A DNA stretch of 64,000 bases from Polyangiaceae bacterium (lineage in GTDB: Bacteria > Myxococcota_A > Polyangia > Polyangiales > Polyangiaceae): contig JAPSGB010000006.1 in assembly GCA_035063585.1 (NCBI GenBank), positions 1-64,000 of the forward strand, read 5' to 3'. The notes below the pieces were generated by a model. The model did not search any database, had not been told where the DNA came from, and saw only the letters and a program-made list of their open reading frames with translations. Below, piece by piece: positions 10,698 to 21,207 of the stretch (within the stretch, counting starts at the first letter, position 1; each line of letters starts with the position of its first letter). The position numbers and the translations under genes are program-made.

Positions 10698-11330
10698 TCA
10701 CCAGCGCACCACGAGCAAGGCGCGGCGCGCGCCAGGGGTGTACTCGACGTCGCAGCGGACACCGCTCGCGAGCGGCGCGAGCAACCCCTCGAAGGTGCCC
10801 GCGAAGACGTCGAGCAGGCCGAGCGAGAGCCCCTGGGACGGGGTGTCCTCGATCCGGATGGTGAAGCTGCGCGCGCCGGAGACCTCACCGGTTATGCGAC
10901 CATAGTTGCGGTGCGCCTGGCTAAGGGCCCTCGGGAAGATGCGGCTGAAGGTGGCCGGTGTGGCCCCAAACACCAGCCGCGCCCCGTGAATCAGCGCGCG
11001 AAAGAGCGGCCGCTCGGCGAGCTCGGCGGCCACCTGGACGTGCAGGGCGCGCCATGCGGCCGGGCCGACCAGCGCGCGCAGCGTGTCGGCGGAGCGAGCG
11101 ACCGGCGCGGCAGGCACCCACTCGAGCCGCGCGGCCTCGTCGATCTCACGAAGCATGTCTCGATCGAGCGCTGCGACCAGCTCGCTCGAACGCGGCACGC
11201 GCTGGCTTCGCAGCTCCGCGACGAAGTCCTTCACCATGGCCGCGCGGATCTCCGGCTCCCGCCGCGGGCGCTCCGCGGCCGCCGGGGAACGCGCCTCCGA
11301 TGGGCCCGAGGTTCGAGGAGGTTCGGGCAT
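10698..11330 (-). CDS. Hypothetical protein, DUF2378/V4R-like myxobacterial family
   Basis: LEWVP.., FSRIFPRALSQAHRNYG.., C-terminal LVVRW typical of this group; family call is by eye. Confidence 0.55.
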   Translation of the reverse strand: MPEPPRTSGPSEARSPAAAERPRREPEIRAAMVKDFVAELRSQRVPRSSELVAALDRDMLREIDEAARLEWVPAAPVARSADTLRALVGPAAWRALHVQVAAELAERPLFRALIHGARLVFGATPATFSRIFPRALSQAHRNYGRITGEVSGARSFTIRIEDTPSQGLSLGLLDVFAGTFEGLLAPLASGVRCDVEYTPGARRALLVVRW

Positions 11331-11528
11331 GGTCAGCCGGGCTCCCCAGTAGGGACGAGCGCTCGGCTCGCGAGCGCAGCCCTCAGCGAGACCAACGAAC
11401 GGACATACATGCGCGCCGCTCCTTCCCCCATGGTAGAAAGCGACCGTACTCGATCCGGCTTGCCATTGAAAGGTCGCGCGAGCGGCCACCGCGCGCGGGC
11501 GTGATTCCGACTCTCGCCCCGCCCGAGC

Positions 11529-14357
11529 TCAGCCGCCGAGCCGCTTCGCCTCCGCAGCGGCGCGCGCGGCCCCGGCCGGGTTCTTCGCCCGGGTGTAGGC
11601 CACGGCGAGGAGACGATACACGGCTCCCTTCGCGTTCGCGTCGCCCTTACAGAGCACCGCCGTCTCGAGTTCGAAGACCGCGCGACGCAGGTTCCCCGCG
11701 CCGAGCAGCGCCTCACCGAAGAGCCGGTGCAGCTCGAGTTGCTCGAGGCCGCTCCAGAGCCCTCGCTCGCCGGCGAGCACCGCCTCCGCGTAAAGCCGCT
11801 TCTCGATGAGCAGTCCCATCAGGCGCCGATACACGCGCGGGTCGTGTCCGTCGAGGTCGACGAGCCGGCGGAGAGCGTCGAGCTCGCCGTCCTTGTCCCC
11901 ACCCTTGCGCGCGAGGTCCGCCAGAGCCTCGATGGGCTCGCTCTGCGAGGAATCGAAGCGGCTCGCCGCCGAGAACGCCGCCTTCATCGCTCGATCGTCG
12001 CCGCGCGCCTCGGCAAGCTCGGCGAGCGCCATCTGGAGCACGTAGCCATCGTGACTCGCGGCGACGAGCTCGCGCAAGAGCGCCTCGGCGCCTGCTTCAT
12101 CCCCCTTGGCGGAAGCAATGCGCGCCTTCAAATAGAGCGCGTCCGGGTGCTTCGCGTCGAGCACCAGCGCCTTGGCGATCGCCTCCGCCGCCTCTGGCCC
12201 CTTTCCATCGCGAAGCAGCGCGAGCGCGTAGCCAACCTGCGCGTCGGCGTCCTTCGGCGCAGCGAGCGCGGCCGCGCGCGCCTGCTCGGTAGGCGCGGCG
12301 CGCGTGCGTGGAACGAACTGCGCCCCGTAGCGCGCGAGTCGCGCGGTCACCCACTCTCGAAACTCGGCGTCGAGCTCTCCGGTGCTCATGCCGAGCGTCG
12401 CTCGGATCACCTCTGGCGTGCGCTTGCCCTGACCCCAGAGCTCGAGCATCTTGGGCAGCTTCTCGAAGCCGTGCTTCTCGACCAGCATGACCAGGATCTG
12501 GCTCGAGGCGTAGTACGCGACGGCGACGTCCTTCAACTCCTCGGCACGGGTGAACGCTTGCGTCATCGCGCCCACCTTGGGCAAGCGATCCGCGCGGAGC
12601 GCTCGATAGAGATCGAGGTCCATGTGACGCGACCACTCAGGGCGCTCGGTGAGCGTCTCGTACTCCGCGAGCCCCTCGGTGAACCAGCGGGGAACGTGCG
12701 CCTTGCTCTGCTGAATATGGAAGACGTGGCTCACCTCGTGCCACAAGGTCATGCCGAGATTGAAGGTCTCCTTGGCTGGGCTCATCGCCGCGAGCGTGCG
12801 CCCGAAGCAGACACCCTGAATGGCAGTGGTCGGCAGACCGTCAGTGCGAATGGCGAAGTTCTGCCGCTCGCCATAGAGCTCGACGCCGACCGGGTGCTCG
12901 GGAATGAACCCATACTTCTTGGTGAGCTTCTGCCACTCGAGCTCGAGGAGCGCCGGCACGTAGCGCTCGAGGACTAGCGCCTCGTCCTTGCGGAAGCGAT
13001 AGGTGAAGTGCTTCCCCGATTGGCTCAGGTACTCGCGCGGGATGGTCTTCTCGTAGAGGTTCAGCGTGTTATAGACGCGCACGTTGAAGGGATCCTTCTG
13101 GAACGCGCGCCGGAGCGCGTCCAGGCCGCCGGCTTCGTCTCCGGCGCGAATCGAGTTGAGCCCGAGCAGTGCGAGCGCCTTGGCGTCGTCCGGAGCGAGC
13201 CGCACCGCTTCCCGCATCATGCTCACGATCGCGTCGTAGCGGTGCTCCCAGTCGGCGTACTCCGCGATGATGACGTACATGCGCGAGTACTCGCCGTTCA
13301 GCGCGAGCACCGCGCGCTTCGCCGCCTCGAACCCGGCCGGATCGTCCGCGAGGAAGCGCACCGCGGCGCGTAGACTGAGGAGCGTGAGGCTCCGCGGGTT
13401 CACCTGCGCGCCGGTGGCAATCTCGCGCTCGGCTCCATCGAGATCCTCATCTCGAATTCGGATACCAGCCTTGACGAAATACGCGCCCACGCTCGCCGGG
13501 TTCACGGCCAGCGCCTGATTCGCCTCGGCCTCGGCTGCGTCGAAATCGAACGCCTGCGCGAGCTTCACTTCCGCCATGAGAACGTGCGCCGCGGCAAGCT
13601 GCGGCGCGATCTTCAAGGCGTCACGGAGCACCTCCTCGGCGTGGCCTGGATCGTACTTGTCGAGGAAGAGCTCGGCGCGATAAAGTAGCAAGTCGACCCG
13701 CGACGCGTCACCGGCGGCGCGCTCGGCCTTGTCGAAGGCGTCGTTGGCGTCTTGCGGCGCGCGAAGCAGCGCCGCCGCGCGGCCGACCATCGTGAGCCCC
13801 TCCGCGTCGTCTTCGCCGATGCGATCGTCGTTGTAGTCCTCGATGAGCGTCATGAGTGGCGCCTCGGCCGCCGCGCGCTGCCCTTGCTCGATGAGCACCT
13901 CGCCGAGGAGGAGCCGCGCGCGCCGCGCCTCGGGCACCTGCTCCACGCGGCGGAGCGCCCGCTCGGCCTCGACGAGCTTGCCCTGCCGCGCGAGCGCGGC
14001 GCCCGCCAGCCACGCGGCGGCCGGCGCCGCCTTCGCGCCGGTTCGCTCGAGCTCCTGGGCGGTGGTGAGCGCTGCGGCGTAGCGTCCCGTCTCGAGCTCC
14101 ACTTCGCCGAGCGCGGCGAGCGCGGCCGCCCGCTTCGCGCCGCGCGCGGCCGCGCGGAGCTGTTTCTCCGCCTCCGCGTAGCGACTCTCTCTGAGCGCCG
14201 CGAGGCCGAGCGTGAGAGGGTCACGAGCAGGTGGGCTCGTCGCGGCCGGCGGCGCGGCCCGGGGCGCCGTCCGCGACGCCGGCCGAGCCTTGGCCGGCGC
14301 GCAGGAGAGCGCGACGAGCGCGAGCGCGGAGGCGACCGAGAGCCTGCGAGATCCCAT
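11529..14357 (-). CDS. TPR-rich lipoprotein with central peptidase MA (gluzincin) domain
   Basis: Lipobox LVALSC; WHEVSH (HExxH) followed by PRWFTEGLAEYE; TPR repeats on both sides. Confidence 0.88.
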   Translation of the reverse strand: MGSRRLSVASALALVALSCAPAKARPASRTAPRAAPPAATSPPARDPLTLGLAALRESRYAEAEKQLRAAARGAKRAAALAALGEVELETGRYAAALTTAQELERTGAKAAPAAAWLAGAALARQGKLVEAERALRRVEQVPEARRARLLLGEVLIEQGQRAAAEAPLMTLIEDYNDDRIGEDDAEGLTMVGRAAALLRAPQDANDAFDKAERAAGDASRVDLLLYRAELFLDKYDPGHAEEVLRDALKIAPQLAAAHVLMAEVKLAQAFDFDAAEAEANQALAVNPASVGAYFVKAGIRIRDEDLDGAEREIATGAQVNPRSLTLLSLRAAVRFLADDPAGFEAAKRAVLALNGEYSRMYVIIAEYADWEHRYDAIVSMMREAVRLAPDDAKALALLGLNSIRAGDEAGGLDALRRAFQKDPFNVRVYNTLNLYEKTIPREYLSQSGKHFTYRFRKDEALVLERYVPALLELEWQKLTKKYGFIPEHPVGVELYGERQNFAIRTDGLPTTAIQGVCFGRTLAAMSPAKETFNLGMTLWHEVSHVFHIQQSKAHVPRWFTEGLAEYETLTERPEWSRHMDLDLYRALRADRLPKVGAMTQAFTRAEELKDVAVAYYASSQILVMLVEKHGFEKLPKMLELWGQGKRTPEVIRATLGMSTGELDAEFREWVTARLARYGAQFVPRTRAAPTEQARAAALAAPKDADAQVGYALALLRDGKGPEAAEAIAKALVLDAKHPDALYLKARIASAKGDEAGAEALLRELVAASHDGYVLQMALAELAEARGDDRAMKAAFSAASRFDSSQSEPIEALADLARKGGDKDGELDALRRLVDLDGHDPRVYRRLMGLLIEKRLYAEAVLAGERGLWSGLEQLELHRLFGEALLGAGNLRRAVFELETAVLCKGDANAKGAVYRLLAVAYTRAKNPAGAARAAAEAKRLGG

Positions 14358-14632
14358 CCCCGAAGACTTATCGAAGGCGGGAGCTCGCGCCAGCGTTCGC
14401 GCGGCATCGACGAGAGACCAGGCGCGAGTTGCCGTGGAGAGCGGTCCAAGAGGACGTCCTTTTCGTGGTGCTCACCAACCTCGACACCGTCGACGACCTG
14501 CGACGCGTGGGGCTCGCCCACTGGAGCTCAGACGGCGCCCGCGCCCTCGAGCCGGTCACGCGGACACTCCGGTCCGCTCATCGCCACAGGGCAAGCGCCC
14601 GTCCGACCAGGTACGGATGGACCTCGCTCGGC

Positions 14633-17419
14633 TCAACGCCTCGCGCGACGACGAACGGCGAACATCAGACCGAGCAACACGCCGGCGAGCGCACCGCTCG
14701 ACCGGCCCGTCTCGCCGCCCGCTGCGCGACAGCCGCAGCTGCCATCCTCGCCATGCTCCGCGCCGGCTGCCGGTGCGGACCCACCCGCCGAACCCGCAGC
14801 TCCAGCATCACCACCCGACCCAGGCTGTCCGCCGCCGATGCCGCCGGTTCCTCCGGCGTTCCCGGCGCCCGCGAGCCCTCCGCTGCCGGCAGCTCCACCC
14901 GCAGCCGAGGAGCCACCCGCACCGCTGCCGCTCGCACCACCCGCACCGCTGCCGCTCGCACCACCCGCACCGCTGCCGCTCGCACCACCGACGCCGCCTC
15001 CCCCACTCACTCCGCCGGACCCGCCACCCACTCCGCCGGACCCGCCACCCACGCCCGCGCTCCCACCCGCGCCGCCACCACCTGTCCCTCCGTTGTCCTC
15101 GAGGTCCGTAATGCTCCTCACCAGAAGCCGCCCTGCGTCCTGATACCCAACGACCGTCCGGTCCGACTCCCCCGCCACGAGCAGGTTGCGCGTCGACTCC
15201 TTGCCAATCGTCGAATACGGCCCCGGCACCCCCTTCACCGCGGTCAGCAGGAACGGCGACGACGGACCGCCCGTCTCCGCGAGACTCGCGAGCGACACCC
15301 CCTTCGAGTTCTGCCACACGGAGACGTAGCGCTGGCCATTCCACCCGACGACCGTCGCGCCCGGCACTTGTCCACTGACGAAGTGCGCGTCGAAGAGATC
15401 GACTGGCGGATTGTCGAGCGCGGACAGGTCGCCGCCGAGACGGATGAGCGCCACGTCGGCGTAGCTCGCCCCTTGCGTTTGCAGCGCGAAGCCGGTCCCA
15501 CCGCCAGCGAGCAGCGGATCGTCGGACACGGGGAGCCCAAACGCCGAGCGCGGCTTGCTCGTCGTCACCGCGCCGTTCTGGAGTAGATAGTAGAGCGAGC
15601 CGGACCGCGCGAGGCACCCGCCGCTCTCGCTGCAGACGAGCTCGTGGATCGTCGTGGTCGAGGTCGTGCCGGGGGAGACGAACACGAACGCCGGATCGAC
15701 GAAGGTGCCGCCCGGCGCGAGGCGGCGGAAGACCCCGGCGTCGTAGCCGTTGCCGCGATCGATCCACGAGACGACGAAGTTCGTGCCGTCGAACGCCGCC
15801 CGCGGCGCCGATTCGTCATATGGTGCGCCGCCGAACGTGACGTCCTTCACGACGGCCCCGGTCGCGTCGAACAGCTTACCGACGACGTTTCGCGGGCTCT
15901 TCGTGTCGTCTTCCCACACGACGAGCGCACGCCCGCCACCCGCCGCCGCTACGATGGCGGCGCGCGGGGGCGTCGGGAGCAGCACGCCGTCCCTCGGCCG
16001 CACGCCGCTCCCCGCGAGCACCGTGGCGAACACCTGCCAGGTCGCGTACTCGCCGTTGTCCGAGGTGCGGTTGTCCGCGTACGCGACGACGCCGAGCCCG
16101 GGGGCCTGCGCGAGCGCGCGACCATCCACGACCGTCACCGACTTGCTCGTGTACGCGCTGGCGAGCTCGGTGCCGGCGGCCTTCACGCGCTCGACCCACG
16201 CGTCCGTGTACCGATCGCCGATACTGTTGCTCTTCGGCCCCGGCACGGTCTTGCCGAGCGCGAGCGTCCCGTCCGTCAGCCGCGCGGCGAAGACCTCGTA
16301 AGCGAAGTGCGTCCCCGCCTTGGCGAGCGGCCCCTTCGGCTGGCCGTCGAAGCCGAGCGACAGCAGGTCCACGTTGGTCGCGCCCAAACCGCTGCCGCCC
16401 TCCCCGACGACGGCCGTGAAGCCGTCCTGCGCGGGGAGCAGCCGCGGCACCTCCGCCCACGACGAGCCCGGCGTCGCGAGCACGATCGGCGTCGCGTCGG
16501 GCGACGTCAGGTCGCCGCCGAGGCGCCGGCCGACGACGCGCTGCGAGCTCACCCCGCGCCAGGCGAGCAGCGTCGTTCCCCCGCTGTGCGCCAAGGCGAG
16601 CCCATTGGGCAGCGAATATGCGAGCGTGATGCTCGACGTGTCCGCTAGCTCGCCGTAGGTCGCGAGCGGCACGCCGATGGGGTCGAGCGAGGCGCCGGCC
16701 GTGTTCACGCGGGCGCCGTAGAGCTGCGTCCCCTTGTAGTTCGGCGCGTCGTAGGTCGCGAACCGCAGGTCTACCCACGCGACGATCCAGTTCGAGCCGT
16801 CCCACGCGATCGAGGGGGCGATCTGGTCGTTGGCGGCGGTGGTAAGCCGCACCGACGGGCCGGGCTTGCCGTCCTTCACCGTCGCGACCCAGATGTCCTT
16901 GCCGGTGTTCGACCCCGTGCCGTAGAGGCGCAGCGAGTACGCGACGAGGCAGTCGCCGGGCGCCTTGCAGGCGATGGCGACCCGCGCATCGTAGGTCCCG
17001 CTCTCGTGCACGTCGCCGAGGGTGATCGATACGTCGACGAGCGTGCCGTCCGGCGCCACGCGCTGCAGCTCGAGCGCCGCGAGGTACTGCTTGGTCCCGC
17101 TCGGCGGCTGCGCGGTCAGCGTCGCGAGGAGGAAGTTGGTGCCATCGAAGGCGACGGTCGACGCGAAGGTCTGGCGACTCTGCGGCTCGCCGATGAACGA
17201 CAGATCCTCGTGGAGCAGCGTGAGCTTGCCCCCGCCCGTGAGCACCGCGATCGTGCCGCCGCCGGCGGCGAACGACGCGATGGGCTCGGAGGTGTAGCTC
17301 GACGGCACGAAGAGCCGCGGCGCGACGTCGATGGGCGGGGAAGCGACCGGCGCGGCGACCGCGGACGGGGCGAAGAGCAGCAGAGCGGAGAGGGCGGTCA
17401 GCGGCGCACGAGCGGTCAT
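14633..17419 (-). CDS. Large secreted beta-rich protein with Gly-rich linker and MYXO-CTERM sorting signal
   Basis: GGAGGA SD and signal peptide at 17419; repeated xFDGTNFxVxW motifs; C-terminal GSCGCRAAG + hydrophobic stretch + RRRARR. Confidence 0.85.
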   Translation of the reverse strand: MTARAPLTALSALLLFAPSAVAAPVASPPIDVAPRLFVPSSYTSEPIASFAAGGGTIAVLTGGGKLTLLHEDLSFIGEPQSRQTFASTVAFDGTNFLLATLTAQPPSGTKQYLAALELQRVAPDGTLVDVSITLGDVHESGTYDARVAIACKAPGDCLVAYSLRLYGTGSNTGKDIWVATVKDGKPGPSVRLTTAANDQIAPSIAWDGSNWIVAWVDLRFATYDAPNYKGTQLYGARVNTAGASLDPIGVPLATYGELADTSSITLAYSLPNGLALAHSGGTTLLAWRGVSSQRVVGRRLGGDLTSPDATPIVLATPGSSWAEVPRLLPAQDGFTAVVGEGGSGLGATNVDLLSLGFDGQPKGPLAKAGTHFAYEVFAARLTDGTLALGKTVPGPKSNSIGDRYTDAWVERVKAAGTELASAYTSKSVTVVDGRALAQAPGLGVVAYADNRTSDNGEYATWQVFATVLAGSGVRPRDGVLLPTPPRAAIVAAAGGGRALVVWEDDTKSPRNVVGKLFDATGAVVKDVTFGGAPYDESAPRAAFDGTNFVVSWIDRGNGYDAGVFRRLAPGGTFVDPAFVFVSPGTTSTTTIHELVCSESGGCLARSGSLYYLLQNGAVTTSKPRSAFGLPVSDDPLLAGGGTGFALQTQGASYADVALIRLGGDLSALDNPPVDLFDAHFVSGQVPGATVVGWNGQRYVSVWQNSKGVSLASLAETGGPSSPFLLTAVKGVPGPYSTIGKESTRNLLVAGESDRTVVGYQDAGRLLVRSITDLEDNGGTGGGGAGGSAGVGGGSGGVGGGSGGVSGGGGVGGASGSGAGGASGSGAGGASGSGAGGSSAAGGAAGSGGLAGAGNAGGTGGIGGGQPGSGGDAGAAGSAGGSAPAAGAEHGEDGSCGCRAAGGETGRSSGALAGVLLGLMFAVRRRARR

Positions 17420-18611
17420 CGGGATCCTCCGGACAGCCGCACGGCGCAAGCTTGCTCCCGCGGCATGAGCTGCCTTGGTCGAGGCCGCGCTCGGCCGCCG
17501 CACGGGACGGCAACGACGGCGCGAACCCCCAAGTACGATAAGACGAACGCAATATGACTTCGAGCCCAGGGGCTCGTCAACTCGCACCGAGCATCCAGCA
17601 TGCTTACCGGCTCACTTGCGGCTCACTCGGCCTCGCGTCGCCCGTGCGCCGCAACTACCCGGACGTGCAGCCGGTCGTCATGAACACGCATCGGTGCGTC
17701 GGGAGCGGCGCCGAGCACGCGTTCCACCGAACCGCCGCGCGCCGCCTTGCAGGCGCAGCAAATCCGCCGCCTTTTCGAGCTCGCTCAGCGACCGAGGGGC
17801 CGACCGGATCTCCTCGAGTAGCGCCTCCGGCGGCGTCGGCACGAGCATGGCGATGAGTGCGTCGTGGTCCGCGCGGAGCGGAGCGCTGGCGCGGTCGGCG
17901 CGAGCGCGAGCGTCGCTCGGCGGCAGGGTCCCGCTCCGCGAGCAGACCGCCGGGCACAGGAGCTTCGCGGCGAGCCCTACGAGCACGCCGGACGCTTCCA
18001 GGAGGGCCACGAGCGCGACGATGGCGCTCGCCTCGAGTGGAACTGCGCGACCGACGCGTGCCGCGAGCGTCAACGCACCGAGCGATGCGATCGACTCCAC
18101 GGCGACGACGGCGCGCGCGAGGCCACGCGCGGGTGGCTTCACGTCGCGCCGAGCGACCGCGACACCGAGGACGGGCGCCGGAACGAAGCGGGCGGGCCGA
18201 CTCGGGAGGGTGTCACGCGTTCAACGACACCTCGGCTCTCACGAGAGACTGGAGCCCTTGCTCGGCAGGCCGCACGTCACGTTGCACTCGGCCGCGGTCG
18301 TGCAGGCTGAGGAAACGGCTCACGTGGGCATCGGCGCGAACGCGAACGCGAGCTCGCCGCTCGCGAGCGGGCTTCGACGTAGTGGCCGCGCGGTCGTCCG
18401 GGCGACCCACGAGGCCATCGCGGGCGGCTGCGCGCGAGGGCGAAGCGCTGAGCGCAAGAAAATCGCAAGACGCAAAGAAAACCGTCCCGAGAAAAGGGAG
18501 CTGGTGAACGTCTGGCGGAGGGGGAGGTGCGGAGCGCGAAAGAGCGAAAGAGAAGTACGAAAGAAAAGATCGTCCTTGACTATTTCGGGAGGTCCGGGCG
18601 ATTATGGATGA

Positions 18612-19490
18612 ATGTCAGAATTGCGCTCGCTGGCTCGGATACTTCCCCTACCTCTCATGATGCTCGCGCTGCCTACCGTGTCCGGGTGCGCGACGGTGGA
18701 CCTCTGGGGTGGCTACTACCTGCCCTCCGCCAAAGACCCGAAGACTCCCGTCGCGAACCAGGCCGAGATGTCGGTCGATGCCTCGTGGGGTATCGGGATC
18801 GGGACTACCGTGTTCTACGATCACGACCAGAAGCTCCGGATCGGAGCCAGCGCCAGCGCGAACTACATCCCGATCAAGGCCGAGAACGCGCCGGACAAGA
18901 GCTTCACCGACGGCTCGATCGGCCTCAGCGGTCACTACGCTCTCACCGGCGAAGAGACCAAGCTCTTGGCCGCCCTCGCGCTCGGCTACGGTGGCGGCAC
19001 CGCGCTCGGCACGGAAGTCAAGGTCATCAGCGGCTGGGCCGGCGTCGCCGCGGGCTTCTACGGGGGCTCGGGCTCGTACAATGCGCTGCTGCTCGGGCTT
19101 GGGGTCCGCTACATCAACGCGTCCCAGAGCGACGACACCGCCGGGCATCGAGGAGTCGGCATGTGGGGGCCCGAGTTCCGAATCGGCGTCCCGGTGGCTT
19201 ACCTGTTCGGTGGCGGCGGCGGCGGCAGCGGCGGTGGCGGCAGCGATCTGAACGGCTGGACCGTCGATATCGGAAGCGACAAGAATATGATCCCGGCACT
19301 CGCGCAAGGACTCCGGAGAAAAGGCTGCACTGTCAAGGAGGAGTCGAACGCCGTGTTCGGCGGCTGCGAGGCGGGAGCAATTGGGTACGTCCAAAAGGGC
19401 AGCCAGGTCCTGATTGCGTGTACCGATGACCTGTCCGAGAGCCAGTGCCGTCAGCTCAATAGCGACGTCATCGAGGCCGCCAAGCGGTGA
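18612..19490 (+). CDS. Lipoprotein with barrel-like N-terminal part, Gly linker and small Cys-rich C-terminal domain
   Basis: Lipobox TVSGC; alternating aromatic beta strands; GGGGGGSGGGGS linker; four Cys in the C-terminal domain. Confidence 0.7.
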   Translation: MSELRSLARILPLPLMMLALPTVSGCATVDLWGGYYLPSAKDPKTPVANQAEMSVDASWGIGIGTTVFYDHDQKLRIGASASANYIPIKAENAPDKSFTDGSIGLSGHYALTGEETKLLAALALGYGGGTALGTEVKVISGWAGVAAGFYGGSGSYNALLLGLGVRYINASQSDDTAGHRGVGMWGPEFRIGVPVAYLFGGGGGGSGGGGSDLNGWTVDIGSDKNMIPALAQGLRRKGCTVKEESNAVFGGCEAGAIGYVQKGSQVLIACTDDLSESQCRQLNSDVIEAAKR

Positions 19491-19556
19491 TCGTGCGCGG
19501 TCCCCGGAGCTCGGTGCGCCGACGCTCTGGTTCATTGCCGCCGAGCTGACGGAGCA

Positions 19557-20339
19557 TCAGGGCTCTGGTGAGCCCTCGACGACGACCTCGGCGCCCGCGC
19601 CTACGTCGAGCAGGTCCCGGGCGCTCCCGCCACGACACGCGATCTCGAGCGTGCCGACCGAATTCACGAGCGCGACCAGCGCGCCCTCCGCGACGTCCGC
19701 GTAGGTGGCAGCCAGCGGTAGGCGACGACCCGCAATCGCTACGCTCGGCGCCGCGACGTGCGAGAAGAGCTCAGGTTCCAGATCGGTGATCAGGTTGCCG
19801 AAGTGATCGACCACGACGACGTGACCGAGCGCTCCCTCGGTCGAGCGAGCGGGAAGCCCGCACTCGAGCGTGACCAGCGCGCTCGCGGGCGCCCCGAGGC
19901 GCGGGAGCTCGAGACGCCCTGCGGCGAGCTCGGCGGCCGCCGGCGCGAACACGTCGCGACCATGAAAGGTGCGGCTCGGCGGTGAGAGCGCGAGCGCGTC
20001 GAGGTCGATGACGCGCGCCTCCTCGAGCGCGATACCGGAGAGCACGCCGTTGTCCGGCGCCACGAACCAGTGCTCGCCTGCGCGCGCCGCGAGCGGAGCC
20101 CGAGCGGTCCCCACCCCGGGATCGACGACGACCAGATGCACCGTCCCGGGGGGAAGCCAGCGATAGCTGCGCTCGAGCCAGAACGCCGCGGCTGCCACGT
20201 CCTGCGGTGGGAACCCGTGGGTGACATCGATGATCCGAGCGGCCGGGGCGCGCGTGAGGATCACCCCCTTCATCACTCCGACGAACGGATCGGCGAGCCC
20301 GAAGTCGGTGTAGAGCGCGACGACGCCCGACGGGGTCAC
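19557..20339 (-). CDS. DUF62-family SAM hydroxide adenosyltransferase (SAM hydrolase/halogenase family)
   Basis: YTDFG, HLVVVDPGVGTAR, APDNG, TFHGRDVF, DHFGN; GTG start overlaps the upstream stop (GTGA 20336-20339). Confidence 0.92.
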   Translation of the reverse strand: MTPSGVVALYTDFGLADPFVGVMKGVILTRAPAARIIDVTHGFPPQDVAAAAFWLERSYRWLPPGTVHLVVVDPGVGTARAPLAARAGEHWFVAPDNGVLSGIALEEARVIDLDALALSPPSRTFHGRDVFAPAAAELAAGRLELPRLGAPASALVTLECGLPARSTEGALGHVVVVDHFGNLITDLEPELFSHVAAPSVAIAGRRLPLAATYADVAEGALVALVNSVGTLEIACRGGSARDLLDVGAGAEVVVEGSPEP

Positions 20340-20629
20340 GATGAAGGCTCCGCGCGCCAGCGCGTGACTCGCCGCGGCCACCGCTCGACGGGCTCGGCAG
20401 CGTGCGCGCGCCACAAGGCGCGCAGCGCGGCACGAGCCGCTTCCGAGAGCCAGGCAGGCGGCGCCTCACCGGGCCAAGGCGCGAGGGTCACCGCGCCACC
20501 CTCCCGCTCGACGCGCGCGACCGAGTGAAACTCCGCGTCCGGTAGGTAGAGCGTAAGCTCGAAGCAGAGTGTTCCGGCGGCTTCGCTGGTGAGCCGCACG
20601 ACGTACCGTCCGCCGCGCTCCGGTCGCAC
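20336..20629 (-). CDS. Small hypothetical protein (97 aa)
   Basis: Typical codon bias, WPRRVTRWR C-terminus, translationally coupled to the DUF62 gene, TAGGGT 7 nt upstream. Confidence 0.7.
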   Translation of the reverse strand: MRPERGGRYVVRLTSEAAGTLCFELTLYLPDAEFHSVARVEREGGAVTLAPWPGEAPPAWLSEAARAALRALWRAHAAEPVERWPRRVTRWRAEPSS

Positions 20630-20644
20630 GCTAGGGACCCTAGC
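20630..20644. promoter_or_regulatory. Perfect 15-bp inverted repeat overlapping a putative -10 element between divergent genes
   Basis: GCTAGGGACCCTAGC; the minus strand gives TAGGGT 7 nt before GTG 20629. Confidence 0.5.
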
Positions 20645-20688
20645 ACGCGCGCTTGCCCGGCGAGCGCGCGCGTGCTGTCGTTCGCTCT

Positions 20689-21207
20689 GTGCCGACCGTG
20701 GTATTCGCTCAGGCCCACGACGCGCGCGTCGAGCCCGCGAAGGTCGTGACTCACGCGCGGAGCTACTTCCTCCACCTCCTCGTGGACATCCTCGAGGAGC
20801 GCGGCGTCGAGCCCGACGGCGCGGTCGCCTCGTCCACGACGCTCCGGCTCGAGCTCACCGCGGCCGAGTACGTCGCGCGGTTTCGCATCGAGTCGCGGGC
20901 CGCCACCGACGATGATCGCGCCCGCGCCCGGCGCGCGGAGGAGCGCGGGCGCGCCGGGGGCATGGCGGAGCTCGCGGCGCGCTGCGGCTTCGTCTGGCAC
21001 ATCGAGCTCGAGGCTGGGCCCGGCGACGCGCTCGGCGCGCTCGCCGTCCATGATCTCTCCGCTCTCCTCTCGACCATCGCGCTCGGCCCGGTGATGCCCG
21101 CCGAGGGAGATACCCTGTTCGGCGTGCGCGGCGCGCGCGAGCGAGCCGACCGCATCCGCAAGGAGGAGCGCGCGCGCCGCGAGCACGTGAGCACTCAGAA
21201 GGCGTAG
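20689..21207 (+). CDS. Hypothetical protein
   Basis: GC-biased codons; GMAELAARC and ALGPV..DTLFGVRGARER; start uncertain (20653-20698). Confidence 0.7.
   Translation: MPTVVFAQAHDARVEPAKVVTHARSYFLHLLVDILEERGVEPDGAVASSTTLRLELTAAEYVARFRIESRAATDDDRARARRAEERGRAGGMAELAARCGFVWHIELEAGPGDALGALAVHDLSALLSTIALGPVMPAEGDTLFGVRGARERADRIRKEERARREHVSTQKA

Noticed and set aside
14400..14632. Protein-like fragment (VLFVVLTNLDTVDDLRRVGL) in an intergenic gap
   Set aside because: No credible start or recognisable family; it may be a remnant but cannot be supported.
19557..20339. SAM-dependent fluorinase/chlorinase
   Set aside because: It retains the Asp-Arg-His signature (VDPGVGTAR, TFHGRD) of DUF62 hydroxide adenosyltransferases, which halogenases lack.
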